NCBI GenBank assembly: GCA_963797095.1
Contig: CAWCNY010000004.1
Coordinates: 128,001 to 192,000 of the forward strand
From: an uncultured Chloroflexia bacterium
GTDB lineage: Bacteria > Chloroflexota > Chloroflexia > QHBQ01 > JADMIH01
Direction: 5' to 3'
DNA length: 64,000 nt
Shown here: piece after piece, positions 38,291-47,241 of the stretch
Layout of the letters: the number at the start of each line of letters is the position of its first letter
Position numbering within the stretch: position 1 is the stretch's first letter
Notes under the pieces: generated by a model
Seen by the model: only the letters and a program-made list of their open reading frames with translations
Databases searched by the model: none
Told to the model about the DNA's origin: nothing
Program-made: the position numbers and the translations under genes

Positions 38291-39435
38291 AGTACGTCGA
38301 TGAGTACCGCGACCCCGAATTGGCACGAAGCATCTCCACTGAAATCGCCAAGCTGACCGAAGGCAGCTCTGTCAAGTTGATGGAGGTGTGCGGCGGTCAT
38401 ACACATACGATATACAAGCACGGCATTGAAGATGTGCTGCCGCGCAATATAGACCTGGTGCATGGCCCCGGCTGCCCGGTATGCGTGCTTCCAATGGGGC
38501 GCATAGACGATGCCCTCGCCATAGCACGCACGGAAGGGGTCATATTTACAACCTTTGGTGATATGATGCGCGTTCCTGGCTCGTATGGCAGTTTGCTGGA
38601 TACAAAGGCTGAAGGTGCCGATGTGCGCTTTGTCTATTCGCCGCTTGATGCCTTGAAGTTGGCCCGCGACAACCCTGATCGACAGGTGGTCTTTTTCGCC
38701 ATAGGCTTCGAGACCACTGCTCCGTCTACTGCGGTCACGCTGCTAAGGGCGCAATCCGAAAACCTCAAGAACTTCTCGGTTTTCTGCAACCATGTGACGA
38801 TCATTCCTGCTATCAAAGCCATACTGGACTCGCCCGACCTGAGATTGGATGGCTTCATTGGCCCTGGCCACGTGAGTATGGTAATTGGCATGCGGCCCTA
38901 CACGTTTATCGCTCGCGACCACCTCAAGCCGGTGGTAATCGCCGGCTTCGAACCTCTAGATATCATCCAATCGGTATATATGATAGTCAAACAGCTCAGC
39001 GAAGGGCGGTCCGAGGTCGAGAATCAATACGGGCGAGTGGTGCGTCCCGAAGGCAACGTCAAAGGGTTGGAAGTAATGGCACGCACGATGGAGCTTCGAC
39101 CATTCTTCGAGTGGCGAGGGTTGGGTTTTATCACCCATAGCGCACTGAAGTTACGCCCGGAGTTCGCTCCATGGGATGCCGAGCTACGGTTTGAGGTGCC
39201 TGGACTCCGAGTGGCCGATCCGAAAGCTTGCCAGTGCGGCGAGGTATTGAAGGGTGTGATCAAGCCCTGGGAGTGCAAAGTATTCGGCACTGCCTGCACA
39301 CCGGAAACTCCCATCGGCACTTGCATGGTCTCACCTGAGGGGGCTTGTGCGGCGTATTTCAACTATGGCCGCTTCTCGATGGCTTCCGAGCGCGACAAGC
39401 TCCAGGTCATAGAGCTTCGGCCTGTGAATCGATGA
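38287..39435 (+). CDS. hypD: Hydrogenase formation protein HypD
   Basis: MEVCGGHTH, GPGCPVC, GFETT, PGHVS, C-terminal FeS cysteines. Confidence 0.96.
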   Translation: MKYVDEYRDPELARSISTEIAKLTEGSSVKLMEVCGGHTHTIYKHGIEDVLPRNIDLVHGPGCPVCVLPMGRIDDALAIARTEGVIFTTFGDMMRVPGSYGSLLDTKAEGADVRFVYSPLDALKLARDNPDRQVVFFAIGFETTAPSTAVTLLRAQSENLKNFSVFCNHVTIIPAIKAILDSPDLRLDGFIGPGHVSMVIGMRPYTFIARDHLKPVVIAGFEPLDIIQSVYMIVKQLSEGRSEVENQYGRVVRPEGNVKGLEVMARTMELRPFFEWRGLGFITHSALKLRPEFAPWDAELRFEVPGLRVADPKACQCGEVLKGVIKPWECKVFGTACTPETPIGTCMVSPEGACAAYFNYGRFSMASERDKLQVIELRPVNR

Positions 39436-39526
39436 CAAATGATAGATTTCGAGTGACAAGTGACGACTGACGAGAACAATCGTCTCTTGCCCTTCGTCAT
39501 TCGTCCGTAACAGAGAGGAGAAGTGC

Positions 39527-40645
39527 GTGACCGGCCTTAATGAAAGACAGGGACAGACCCTGGCCGAGGCTCTGGACAAGATCGAGCGTGTTCGGCAGGC
39601 ACGGAGACGCAAGTTTCACCTGCGCGACGAACGCATTACTTTGAGTCACGGTAGTGGGGGCAAAGCCACACACAACTTGATAGAGGGCGTGTTCGCGCCG
39701 GCGTTCTCAAATCCCATGTTGGATCGCATGGATGATGCGGCCATTTTTTCGGTCACTGGCGTGGGACAAACCGCATCAATCGCTTTCACCACTGACACCT
39801 ATGTTGTGAATCCCCTCTTCTTCCCCGGTGGCGACATCGGCAAGCTGGCGGTACACGGCACGATCAACGACATTGCGATGTCTGGAGCGCGACCGCTCTA
39901 TCTATCTGCCGGCTTCATACTGGAAGAGGGCTTGCCAATCAACGACCTGCGTCGTATCGTCCAATCGATGGCCGATGCGGCGACGGAGGCCGGGGTCCGG
40001 ATTGTTACGGGCGATACAAAAGTGGTGCAGAGAGGCAAAGCTGACGGGGTGTTCATCAACACGGCAGGGGTAGGCGTGCTGGAGGCAACATGGCCTATTG
40101 GGCAGGCTTTTGTACAGCCTGGTGACAAGGTGTTGTTGAGCGGGCCGGTTGGAGACCACGGTATTGCGGTTATGATGGCGCGGGAGTCTCTCGACATCGA
40201 GACCGACATTCAGAGCGATACTGCACCTTTGCACAGGCTGGTGGCCGCCGTCATGGAGGCTGCGGGAGAAGGGGTTCACTGCTTGAAAGACCCTACGCGT
40301 GGAGGGGTAGCGACCTCGCTCAACGAGATCGCAATGGCCTCCGAAGTATCAATCGCGCTGGATGAGAACTCCATTCCTGTACGCATGGGAGTACGTGGCG
40401 CATGCGAAATCCTGGGGCTCGATCCTCTAACAATCGCCAACGAGGGCAAGTTGCTAGCAATTGTTGCAGCGGAGTCGGCAGATGCGGCACTGGCAGCCAT
40501 GCGCGACCACCCTCTCGGGCGGGAAGCGGCATTAATCGGCGAGGTGCGGGCCGAACCGGCTGCGATGGTGTTTCTCCACACCGACATAGGGGGCACCCGT
40601 GTGCTGGATATGCTCGTTGGCGACCCGCTGCCGCGGATTTGCTAG
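39527..40645 (+). CDS. hypE: Carbamoyl dehydratase HypE
   Basis: HGSGG, FPGGDIG, GDTKVV, DPTRGG, terminal PRIC. Confidence 0.96.
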   Translation: MTGLNERQGQTLAEALDKIERVRQARRRKFHLRDERITLSHGSGGKATHNLIEGVFAPAFSNPMLDRMDDAAIFSVTGVGQTASIAFTTDTYVVNPLFFPGGDIGKLAVHGTINDIAMSGARPLYLSAGFILEEGLPINDLRRIVQSMADAATEAGVRIVTGDTKVVQRGKADGVFINTAGVGVLEATWPIGQAFVQPGDKVLLSGPVGDHGIAVMMARESLDIETDIQSDTAPLHRLVAAVMEAAGEGVHCLKDPTRGGVATSLNEIAMASEVSIALDENSIPVRMGVRGACEILGLDPLTIANEGKLLAIVAAESADAALAAMRDHPLGREAALIGEVRAEPAAMVFLHTDIGGTRVLDMLVGDPLPRIC

Positions 40646-40807
40646 GCCGAGCATTCAGACTAAAGAGCCAACAATCGTCGGCCATTAGAGTGGTAGGATT
40701 CTGGCAGCCACGCACTAAATGCCCTATAATAGGCACGTGAGTCGTCACACTAATGGTCCTGTAGGTTCTGGCTCAGCACTTGGTTCTATCTTGTATATCT
40801 AATAGTA

Positions 40808-40838
40808 CCGGCTCCGAATCTAGTCGTCGGAGTCGGTT
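40808..40838 (+). terminator. Hairpin downstream of hyp operon (possible terminator)
   Basis: ACCGGCTCCGA / TCGGAGTCGGT stem with one G-U pair, T-rich tail. Confidence 0.35.
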
Positions 40839-40895
40839 GTCGTTATATCGAACTTCTGTCCATGCTTACACGTCAAAATCGTTTAGGGAGCACTC

Positions 40896-43049
40896 ATGAC
40901 TGAAATGCTCAGCACGAATCGTGAGCGCATCGTCTGGTTGACGGCCGGCTTGTTGACGCTGATATGGCTGGTCATTTATCTCACAACGGTATCTCCCACA
41001 GTCAACTTCATAGATAGCGGTGAACTGATCACAGCCGTGCGCGAGCCTGGCGTGGCTCACCCGCCCGGATACCCTCTTTACGTTCTTCTGGGATATGTGG
41101 CTTCCCATGTGCTATGGGGAGAAGAAGCCTGGCGCGTGAATGTGCTTTCGGCGTTCTGGGGCGCGCTGGCAGTGGGCGCGTTCGTCCTTCTGACTTTCCG
41201 ATTGTCGGAATACGTGATTGCCGCTCGGACCGCGACCGCAATCCCGCGCACGAAGAGATCGACGCCGATGGCATCGAAAAATAGTGCCCCTCTCAAGCGC
41301 AGTCAGCAAGGGGTGAATCAGGCTGCCGTGAGCGCGCGCAAAGAGAGGCAACCAGCACCCGGACAGGGGAATGATCGGTCGATCACGCGGCCTGAAGAAG
41401 ACAAAGCCAGCCCGCGGCTGGTCCTTCTGATGATTGCAGGTTCAGTGGCGGGAGCATCGCTGATTGCTAGCTCCGCCACGTTTTGGAGTCGGACGGCGCA
41501 GGCCAAGATGTACAGCCTTCACTTCTTCTTCGTCGCCGTGATCCTCATACTTGCCCTCGGATACAGGCGTGCCTATGAGCGCCAGGACGAAAAGACCGCA
41601 GCGCGCTGGTTGATATTCCTGGCCGCTACGCTTGGCCTTTCGTTTACCAATCACCTTATGACTGTGCTGCTTGTCATACCGGTTGCTCTCATGTTGCTTA
41701 TGGGTGAGGATGCGAGCAGGAGACTTACCTTTATCGTTCGGAGGTTAGCTGTACTTCTTCCGGCGTTCTTGCTACCGTTGCTGCTCTATCTCTATCTCCC
41801 GATCAGAGCCTCTGAAGGGCCAATTATGAATTGGGGAACACCAGATACCTGGGGGGACTTCTGGAGGCACATTTCGGGCTGGCAGTTTAGCACTTTTCTG
41901 CTCAGTGATATCGGTGCCAATATAACGCGCAACAGCGCATTGATCCCACGATACGCGGGCGAACAGTGGGGCTTTCTGAGCTTAATCGTCATCGCAGGCG
42001 GATTTGTAGCAGGTGCTCTCCTCTTCAGGGTACGGCCTTCGGTCCTCTGGCCGACGTTCGTATTGCTTGTGCTCACGCTGTTCTTCTCACTTATCTATGG
42101 TATCTCCGAGATCGAGCCATACATGACACCGTTCTATGCAATGTTAGCCGTGTGGATTGGGTTGGCTCCGGTTTCATGGTTCCTATATTCGAGAGAGCAC
42201 GCTCGACAGCATTATCGCCAATCACCTGGGGCGCGCAACGCGCGGGCTGCTACGGAGCGTGGTAAGCAACTGGATGTTCCCTGGTTGGTAACGGCAGTGA
42301 TGGGCGTCGCGGCATTGGGCAGCATCTTTCTCGTCTACCCACAAGAGAACTTCAGCAATAACAGGCTGGCGGAGCAGTTCGTACTCAATGTGTTCAACGA
42401 ATTACCTGAGAACAGCATCGTCATCACAGATTACTGGGATTTCTATGCTCCCACATACTATCTGCAGATCGTAAAGGGGGTGCGGCAGGATGTTGTGGTT
42501 ATTGATAAATCCTTGCTGCGCTATCCCTGGTATACAACGCAGTTGCGGCTCCGTTATCCATGGCTGATTGAGAATTCCAACGACATTGTGGCGAGCTTTT
42601 CTCTTGAACAGCGCAAGTGGGTGAACGGTGAATATTTTGACTCCAATGCGCTCACCAAGTATTATTTTGACTTGCTCACATCCTTTGTTGAGCGCAATGC
42701 ACCGGACCATCCAGCATATATGCTAATCTCCCAGCCATGTCCCGCCAACCAGCAATGCGAGGAATCACAGATCGCGCCAACGTGGACACGCGTGCCGCTT
42801 GGATTGGTCGATAAACTCGTACCACAGGGCACCACCAATGTCTCGATTCCGCCGGAGCCGACCTATGTGACCGATGGTATTACGACAAATCCTGTTGGGC
42901 TCGATGACGCGGCCCGTCTCAACTCGGTACGGTACGTGGATGCCTACCGTCGCCTTGCCGTGCTCTACAGCGCGGCACAAGAAAGCCAGGCAGCCCAAAG
43001 AATGACAGATCGTGCTGCACAAATCGAGGCGGTGCTGCAAAACAGATAG
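40896..43049 (+). CDS. DUF2723/TMEM260-like GT-C membrane glycosyltransferase (putative protein O-mannosyltransferase)
   Basis: DSGEL, GVAHPPGYPLY, YLYLPIR, NWG; many TM helices. Confidence 0.85.
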   Translation: MTEMLSTNRERIVWLTAGLLTLIWLVIYLTTVSPTVNFIDSGELITAVREPGVAHPPGYPLYVLLGYVASHVLWGEEAWRVNVLSAFWGALAVGAFVLLTFRLSEYVIAARTATAIPRTKRSTPMASKNSAPLKRSQQGVNQAAVSARKERQPAPGQGNDRSITRPEEDKASPRLVLLMIAGSVAGASLIASSATFWSRTAQAKMYSLHFFFVAVILILALGYRRAYERQDEKTAARWLIFLAATLGLSFTNHLMTVLLVIPVALMLLMGEDASRRLTFIVRRLAVLLPAFLLPLLLYLYLPIRASEGPIMNWGTPDTWGDFWRHISGWQFSTFLLSDIGANITRNSALIPRYAGEQWGFLSLIVIAGGFVAGALLFRVRPSVLWPTFVLLVLTLFFSLIYGISEIEPYMTPFYAMLAVWIGLAPVSWFLYSREHARQHYRQSPGARNARAATERGKQLDVPWLVTAVMGVAALGSIFLVYPQENFSNNRLAEQFVLNVFNELPENSIVITDYWDFYAPTYYLQIVKGVRQDVVVIDKSLLRYPWYTTQLRLRYPWLIENSNDIVASFSLEQRKWVNGEYFDSNALTKYYFDLLTSFVERNAPDHPAYMLISQPCPANQQCEESQIAPTWTRVPLGLVDKLVPQGTTNVSIPPEPTYVTDGITTNPVGLDDAARLNSVRYVDAYRRLAVLYSAAQESQAAQRMTDRAAQIEAVLQNR

Positions 43050-43053
43050 TTGG

Positions 43054-44442
43054 CTAGGATATGCCGAACACGCTGCGACGCTTCACAAAAATATAGGCCA
43101 CTACGCCAGCACACACGAGTGCGCCGATGAAGAGCGCGACAGGCGCGCCAAAGTGATCTGCTATGATGCCTGCTTGCAAATTGCCTGCGGGAGCCATGCC
43201 CACAAAGAGGAATGCAAATACTCCATTCACCCGCCCGCGTAGCTCGTCGGGCACGCTCGTTTGGACCAGGGTATTGACGGTGGCATTTATCGAGATCATC
43301 GCGCATCCAACACCGACAAGCAGCGCAAGCGACAGCCAGTATGTGGTCGAAAGGGCGAATGTGCCCAGGAATATCGGCAGTCCAATCGCACCCAGCATGA
43401 TGATACGCCCACGTCTGGTGGTGGACCTTCCACTCTGGATAGTCAGACTCAGGGCCCCAATCAGCGATCCCACGCCCGCCAGCGCCATCAGGGTGCCGTA
43501 CCCCTCTGTGCCCACCTTGAGAATACTGTCCGCCATGATCGGCATCAGAACGGAGTAGGGAAAGGCGAAGATGCTGACAGTCATGATCAGCAACATTAGG
43601 GTGCCGATCACTGCATTGTGTCGGACGTAGCTTAGGCCTTCCAGAATTCTCTTTGCTGAGTTGTTAGAATCGCGCTTCCTCACAACAGGGTCGATCTTCA
43701 TCATGAACAACCCCGCAATCACAGCTAGATAAGAAATCCCGTTCAAGAGGAACGCCATGCCTGGGCCTTGCCATGCAAGGGCTATGGCTCCGATTGCAGG
43801 CCCGAGCACGCGTGCTCCATTGAAGATGGCAGAATTGAGGGCAACTGCATTCATTAGGTCGCCTTTACCCACCATCTCTACGGTGAACGACTGGCGAGCA
43901 GGCGCATCGAATGCGAAGACGCTGCCAAGCAAGAGCGAGATCGCGAGCACATGCCAAACCTCAACCGTGCCCGCCAGAGTCAAAGCTGCCAATACGAAGG
44001 CGGCCAGCATCGAGATTGTTTGTGTCCAGATAATGAGGGTTCGCTTCGGAACCTTGTCTGCAATCTCGCCCGCCCACAATGAAAGGAGCAGCACAGGTAT
44101 GGAGTTGGCAAAGCCCACCATACCAAGCCAGAAGGCGGAGTGAGTAAGTTCCAGTACTAACCAGGCGCGGGCCACCATTTGCATCCATGTACCCACCAGG
44201 GAAATCAGCTGCCCTGTCCAGTAGAGCCTGAAATTCCTGTGTCCAAGCGCCCGCAGCGACAGAGGCAAGGGGATATTGATCGCCAGTAGAGGAAAAGATG
44301 GCCGACTAGTAACTTCTGATTCGGTGGTTACATCTTGGGGAGAAGGTGTTAGCGTGGCGCTGTCCAATGCTATTGCCTGTTGTAGTGGCGCGCCCCCACC
44401 TCCATATTGAAAGGTCTCAGGTCTGTTTGCTTGTTGTTGCAT
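43054..44442 (-). CDS. MFS transporter
   Basis: NFRLYWTGQLISLVGTWMQ, PARQ, GPAIG, RGRV; about 12 TMs. Confidence 0.92.
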   Translation of the reverse strand: MQQQANRPETFQYGGGGAPLQQAIALDSATLTPSPQDVTTESEVTSRPSFPLLAINIPLPLSLRALGHRNFRLYWTGQLISLVGTWMQMVARAWLVLELTHSAFWLGMVGFANSIPVLLLSLWAGEIADKVPKRTLIIWTQTISMLAAFVLAALTLAGTVEVWHVLAISLLLGSVFAFDAPARQSFTVEMVGKGDLMNAVALNSAIFNGARVLGPAIGAIALAWQGPGMAFLLNGISYLAVIAGLFMMKIDPVVRKRDSNNSAKRILEGLSYVRHNAVIGTLMLLIMTVSIFAFPYSVLMPIMADSILKVGTEGYGTLMALAGVGSLIGALSLTIQSGRSTTRRGRIIMLGAIGLPIFLGTFALSTTYWLSLALLVGVGCAMISINATVNTLVQTSVPDELRGRVNGVFAFLFVGMAPAGNLQAGIIADHFGAPVALFIGALVCAGVVAYIFVKRRSVFGIS

Positions 44443-44556
44443 AAATCCCTTTTGCGATATAAGTTGTGGTAGTTGATATGTTAGAAGTATATCTAACTTA
44501 GAGGCTTAAGTCAATTGATCGACGCTCTCACCGAACGCCTTACGACGTGGAAAACC

Positions 44557-44585
44557 TTGACTGTCACACCCACGAATGATATAAT
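44557..44585 (+). promoter_or_regulatory. Strong sigma70 promoter with extended -10
   Basis: TTGACT-N17-TATAAT with TG one base before the -10. Confidence 0.8.
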
Positions 44586-44650
44586 GGCGTTGTCGGTGAA
44601 AAATCGCCGGCCTGGCCAATCGGTTCTCAGTCGTGAGCAAGGAGGTTCTT

Positions 44651-44704
44651 ATGACCACAACCAAAACTCACGTGATGGAAGTTCGATTCCAGGTGGATCG
44701 ATAA
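44651..44704 (+). CDS. Candidate 17-aa peptide MTTTKTHVMEVRFQVDR
   Basis: AAGGAGGT SD 4 nt before ATG, own promoter and terminator; no homology recognised. Confidence 0.5.
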   Translation: MTTTKTHVMEVRFQVDR

Positions 44705-44752
44705 GGCCTCCAGGAAAGACTTTCGGGTCGTTCCGGGGGCACAACCGAACTG

Positions 44753-44789
44753 GAAGGCACTCAGCATAACTGAGTGCCTTCTGCCTTTT
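44753..44789. terminator. Intrinsic terminator, probably bidirectional
   Basis: GAAGGCACTCAG-CATAA-CTGAGTGCCTTC perfect 12-bp stem between convergent units. Confidence 0.8.
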
Positions 44790-44808
44790 ACCGCAAACTT
44801 GCTCGAAA

Positions 44809-45912
44809 TTAGATTACGAATTTGCCGTTCTCGTAGAGCGTTGCGCCATCCACGACTACGCGTCCTTCCTTCATATCAGTCACCATGTCCCAATGGATCG
44901 CTGAGGTATTGGTTCCTCCAGCGTTCGGATAGGCATTCCCCAGGGCGCAATGTATAGAACCGGCAATCTTTTCGTCAAAGAGAGTGTTTCTTGTTATCCT
45001 GGTAACGCCGGTATTCGTACCGATGGCAAACTCTCCTAGCCGCCTCGCACCTTCGTCCAGGTTTAGCATTGCGTTCAAATAATCCTCGCCCGTATCTGCC
45101 CGATGTTCGGTAACACGCCCGTTCTCAAACTTCAGGTACACTCCCTGCACAGAGCGTCCATTGTAGGACGCCGGGTAGCTAAAGGTGATATGACCCTGGA
45201 CGGTCTCATGGACGGGCGAGGTGAAGACCTCGCCACTCGGGAAATTGCGTTTGCCATCGGAATTGATGAACACCCTTCCTTCTATTGACATCTCCAGGTC
45301 GGTGCCGGGCGCTTCGACTTGCACTTGCCGTTTCCCGGCTAACCAATCGACTATGCGCTGCTGATCTTCCGACACTTCACGCCAGCGCTCAGCAGGCTCG
45401 CGATCATCATCAAGGAGGCAGGCGCGAAACACGAAGTCTTCAAATTCGGAGAGACTCATCTCAGCGTCCTGGGCGTAGGCTTCTGTTGGAAAGAGAGTGA
45501 GGCAATGAGGTCTGCCCTCCATAATGCGCTTCATATAGCCAGCCCCAATCGGGCCTGCCCCTCTCTTTAGAAGTCCTAGACGGGCAGTATCTACATTATT
45601 GAGGCTGCGTGTATTCTCGTCGCTTAAGATGCGAAGTATAGCATCCGATTCTTCCACTATCCGCATCTGGTATGGATTTACCCTGGTTAGTTGAGCGTCA
45701 TTTCCTTCTTTCAAGAGCAGTTCATCGAGCCACGGAGTGCTGATAAAGACATAGGGTTGAGCGCCCCGCAAGATTACTTCGTGGGAAACCGATTTGATCA
45801 GTGGCAGGGCGGCTGTCGTGCCGACAATCGCCACTTCCCATCCTTCTTGTGCCTCCAGGGAGTACTCGACGAGCACCCGAGCCATCCTGGCAACTCTTGG
45901 GTCTTCCAGCAC
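44809..45912 (-). CDS. Aminopeptidase, M29 (AmpS/AmpT) family
   Basis: NFPSGEVFTSP, LGEFAIG, LFDEKI.GSIHCALG.AY, SAIHWDMV. Confidence 0.92.
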   Translation of the reverse strand: MLEDPRVARMARVLVEYSLEAQEGWEVAIVGTTAALPLIKSVSHEVILRGAQPYVFISTPWLDELLLKEGNDAQLTRVNPYQMRIVEESDAILRILSDENTRSLNNVDTARLGLLKRGAGPIGAGYMKRIMEGRPHCLTLFPTEAYAQDAEMSLSEFEDFVFRACLLDDDREPAERWREVSEDQQRIVDWLAGKRQVQVEAPGTDLEMSIEGRVFINSDGKRNFPSGEVFTSPVHETVQGHITFSYPASYNGRSVQGVYLKFENGRVTEHRADTGEDYLNAMLNLDEGARRLGEFAIGTNTGVTRITRNTLFDEKIAGSIHCALGNAYPNAGGTNTSAIHWDMVTDMKEGRVVVDGATLYENGKFVI

Positions 45913-45936
45913 GCAATACCTCCAGGCTTTTAGAAG

Positions 45937-47241
45937 TTACGAAACAACATCAATCACCACCGGCGACGGCTCGACAGGCTCGTCTGCAATAGTAAAAGCA
46001 GATCGAAGTGTTTGCTCGATTGCCTCGGCGGATGATTCGCTTGAAGCATGGACGGTGACGAGGGGCTTGCCAACCTCTATCCGGTCGCCGACCTTGGCGC
46101 GCAAGACGAAGCCAACACTATGATCGATGCTGTCGGACTTCTTCTTACGGCCTCCACCGATCTCGACGGATGCATATCCTATTGTTTCGGCGGTGATCCC
46201 CGCCAGCCAGCCGCTCTCATCCGCAAGGAGGTCTCGTTGTACGGGTGCCTGTGGCAATAGATCTGGACTGTCAATGAAGCCGGTGTCGCCTCCCTGGTAT
46301 GCTATGAAGTCGCGAAGCGTACTCAGCCCCGCGCCTGACCGCAAGACATCCAGCAGATGATCACGGCCCGCTTCGATGGTCGATACTTTGCCTGCCATCT
46401 GCAGCAGGTTGGCACCCAGGATCAACGCCACTTCCAGCAGGTCGTCCGGTCCATTACCCCGCAAAGTGTCAACCGCTTCTCGTACCTCCAATGCATTGCC
46501 TATGGCCCAACCCAAAGGCTGGTCCATATCGGACAAGAGAGCGCGCACCTTTAGACCGACGCTTGACCCTAGATCACGCATCGCCTCGGCCAGGGCACGG
46601 GCGCTGCCGAGATTCTTCATAAACGCCCCACTGCCAACCTTCACATCAAGCACTACACCATTAGCTCCTGCAGCTATCTTCTTCGACATAATGCTGCTGG
46701 CGATCAGCGGCAAGCTGTCAACTGTGGCGGTAACATCGCGCATTTTGTAAAGAATGCCGTCTGCCGGCGCAAGATCGGCAGTTTGGGCGGCAACAACCAG
46801 GCCAACGCGCCGCACCCCCTCAAGAAACTGCTCGGTAGTCAAGGCGCAATTCATCCCCTTGATAGACTCCAGTTTGTCGATCGTCCCGCCGGAGAAGCCG
46901 AGGCCACGGCCAGACATTTTAGCGATTGGCACCCCGGCGGCTGCCACAAGCGGGGCGACCACCAGCGTGGTCTTGTCACCGACACCACCCGTGGAGTGTT
47001 TGTCACCTACGAAACCACCTGTTGATGAGAGATCGAGGCGTTGGCCGGAATTCACCATCGCCATTGTGAGATCAGCGGTCTCTTGCGCGGTCATGCCTTG
47101 AAAAAAGACTGCCATCAGCCAGGCACTAATCTGGTAATCGGGAATGCTTCCATCTGTCACGCCTTTGATCAACCAGTCAATTTGCTCATGGCTCAACTCA
47201 TGACCGTCACGCTTGGTCGTTATTATGTCAACTACATTCAC
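45937..47241 (-). CDS. pdp: Pyrimidine-nucleoside/thymidine phosphorylase
   Basis: DKHSTGGVGDK, KMSGRGLG.SGGT.DKLE, SSIMSKKIA, DVKVGSGAFMK. Confidence 0.95.
   Translation of the reverse strand: MNVVDIITTKRDGHELSHEQIDWLIKGVTDGSIPDYQISAWLMAVFFQGMTAQETADLTMAMVNSGQRLDLSSTGGFVGDKHSTGGVGDKTTLVVAPLVAAAGVPIAKMSGRGLGFSGGTIDKLESIKGMNCALTTEQFLEGVRRVGLVVAAQTADLAPADGILYKMRDVTATVDSLPLIASSIMSKKIAAGANGVVLDVKVGSGAFMKNLGSARALAEAMRDLGSSVGLKVRALLSDMDQPLGWAIGNALEVREAVDTLRGNGPDDLLEVALILGANLLQMAGKVSTIEAGRDHLLDVLRSGAGLSTLRDFIAYQGGDTGFIDSPDLLPQAPVQRDLLADESGWLAGITAETIGYASVEIGGGRKKKSDSIDHSVGFVLRAKVGDRIEVGKPLVTVHASSESSAEAIEQTLRSAFTIADEPVEPSPVVIDVVS

Noticed and set aside
40724-40750. Similarity TATAATAGGC..ACG..TCGTCAC shared with 53983-54010
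   Set aside because: Mostly a -10 hexamer plus short matches at different spacing; not convincing as a shared motif
40767-40780. TCTGGCTCAGCAC as attR copy of the tRNA-Phe 3' end (TCTGGCCCTCGGCAC)
   Set aside because: Short, needs a gap and a mismatch, and no integrase is present; compatible with chance
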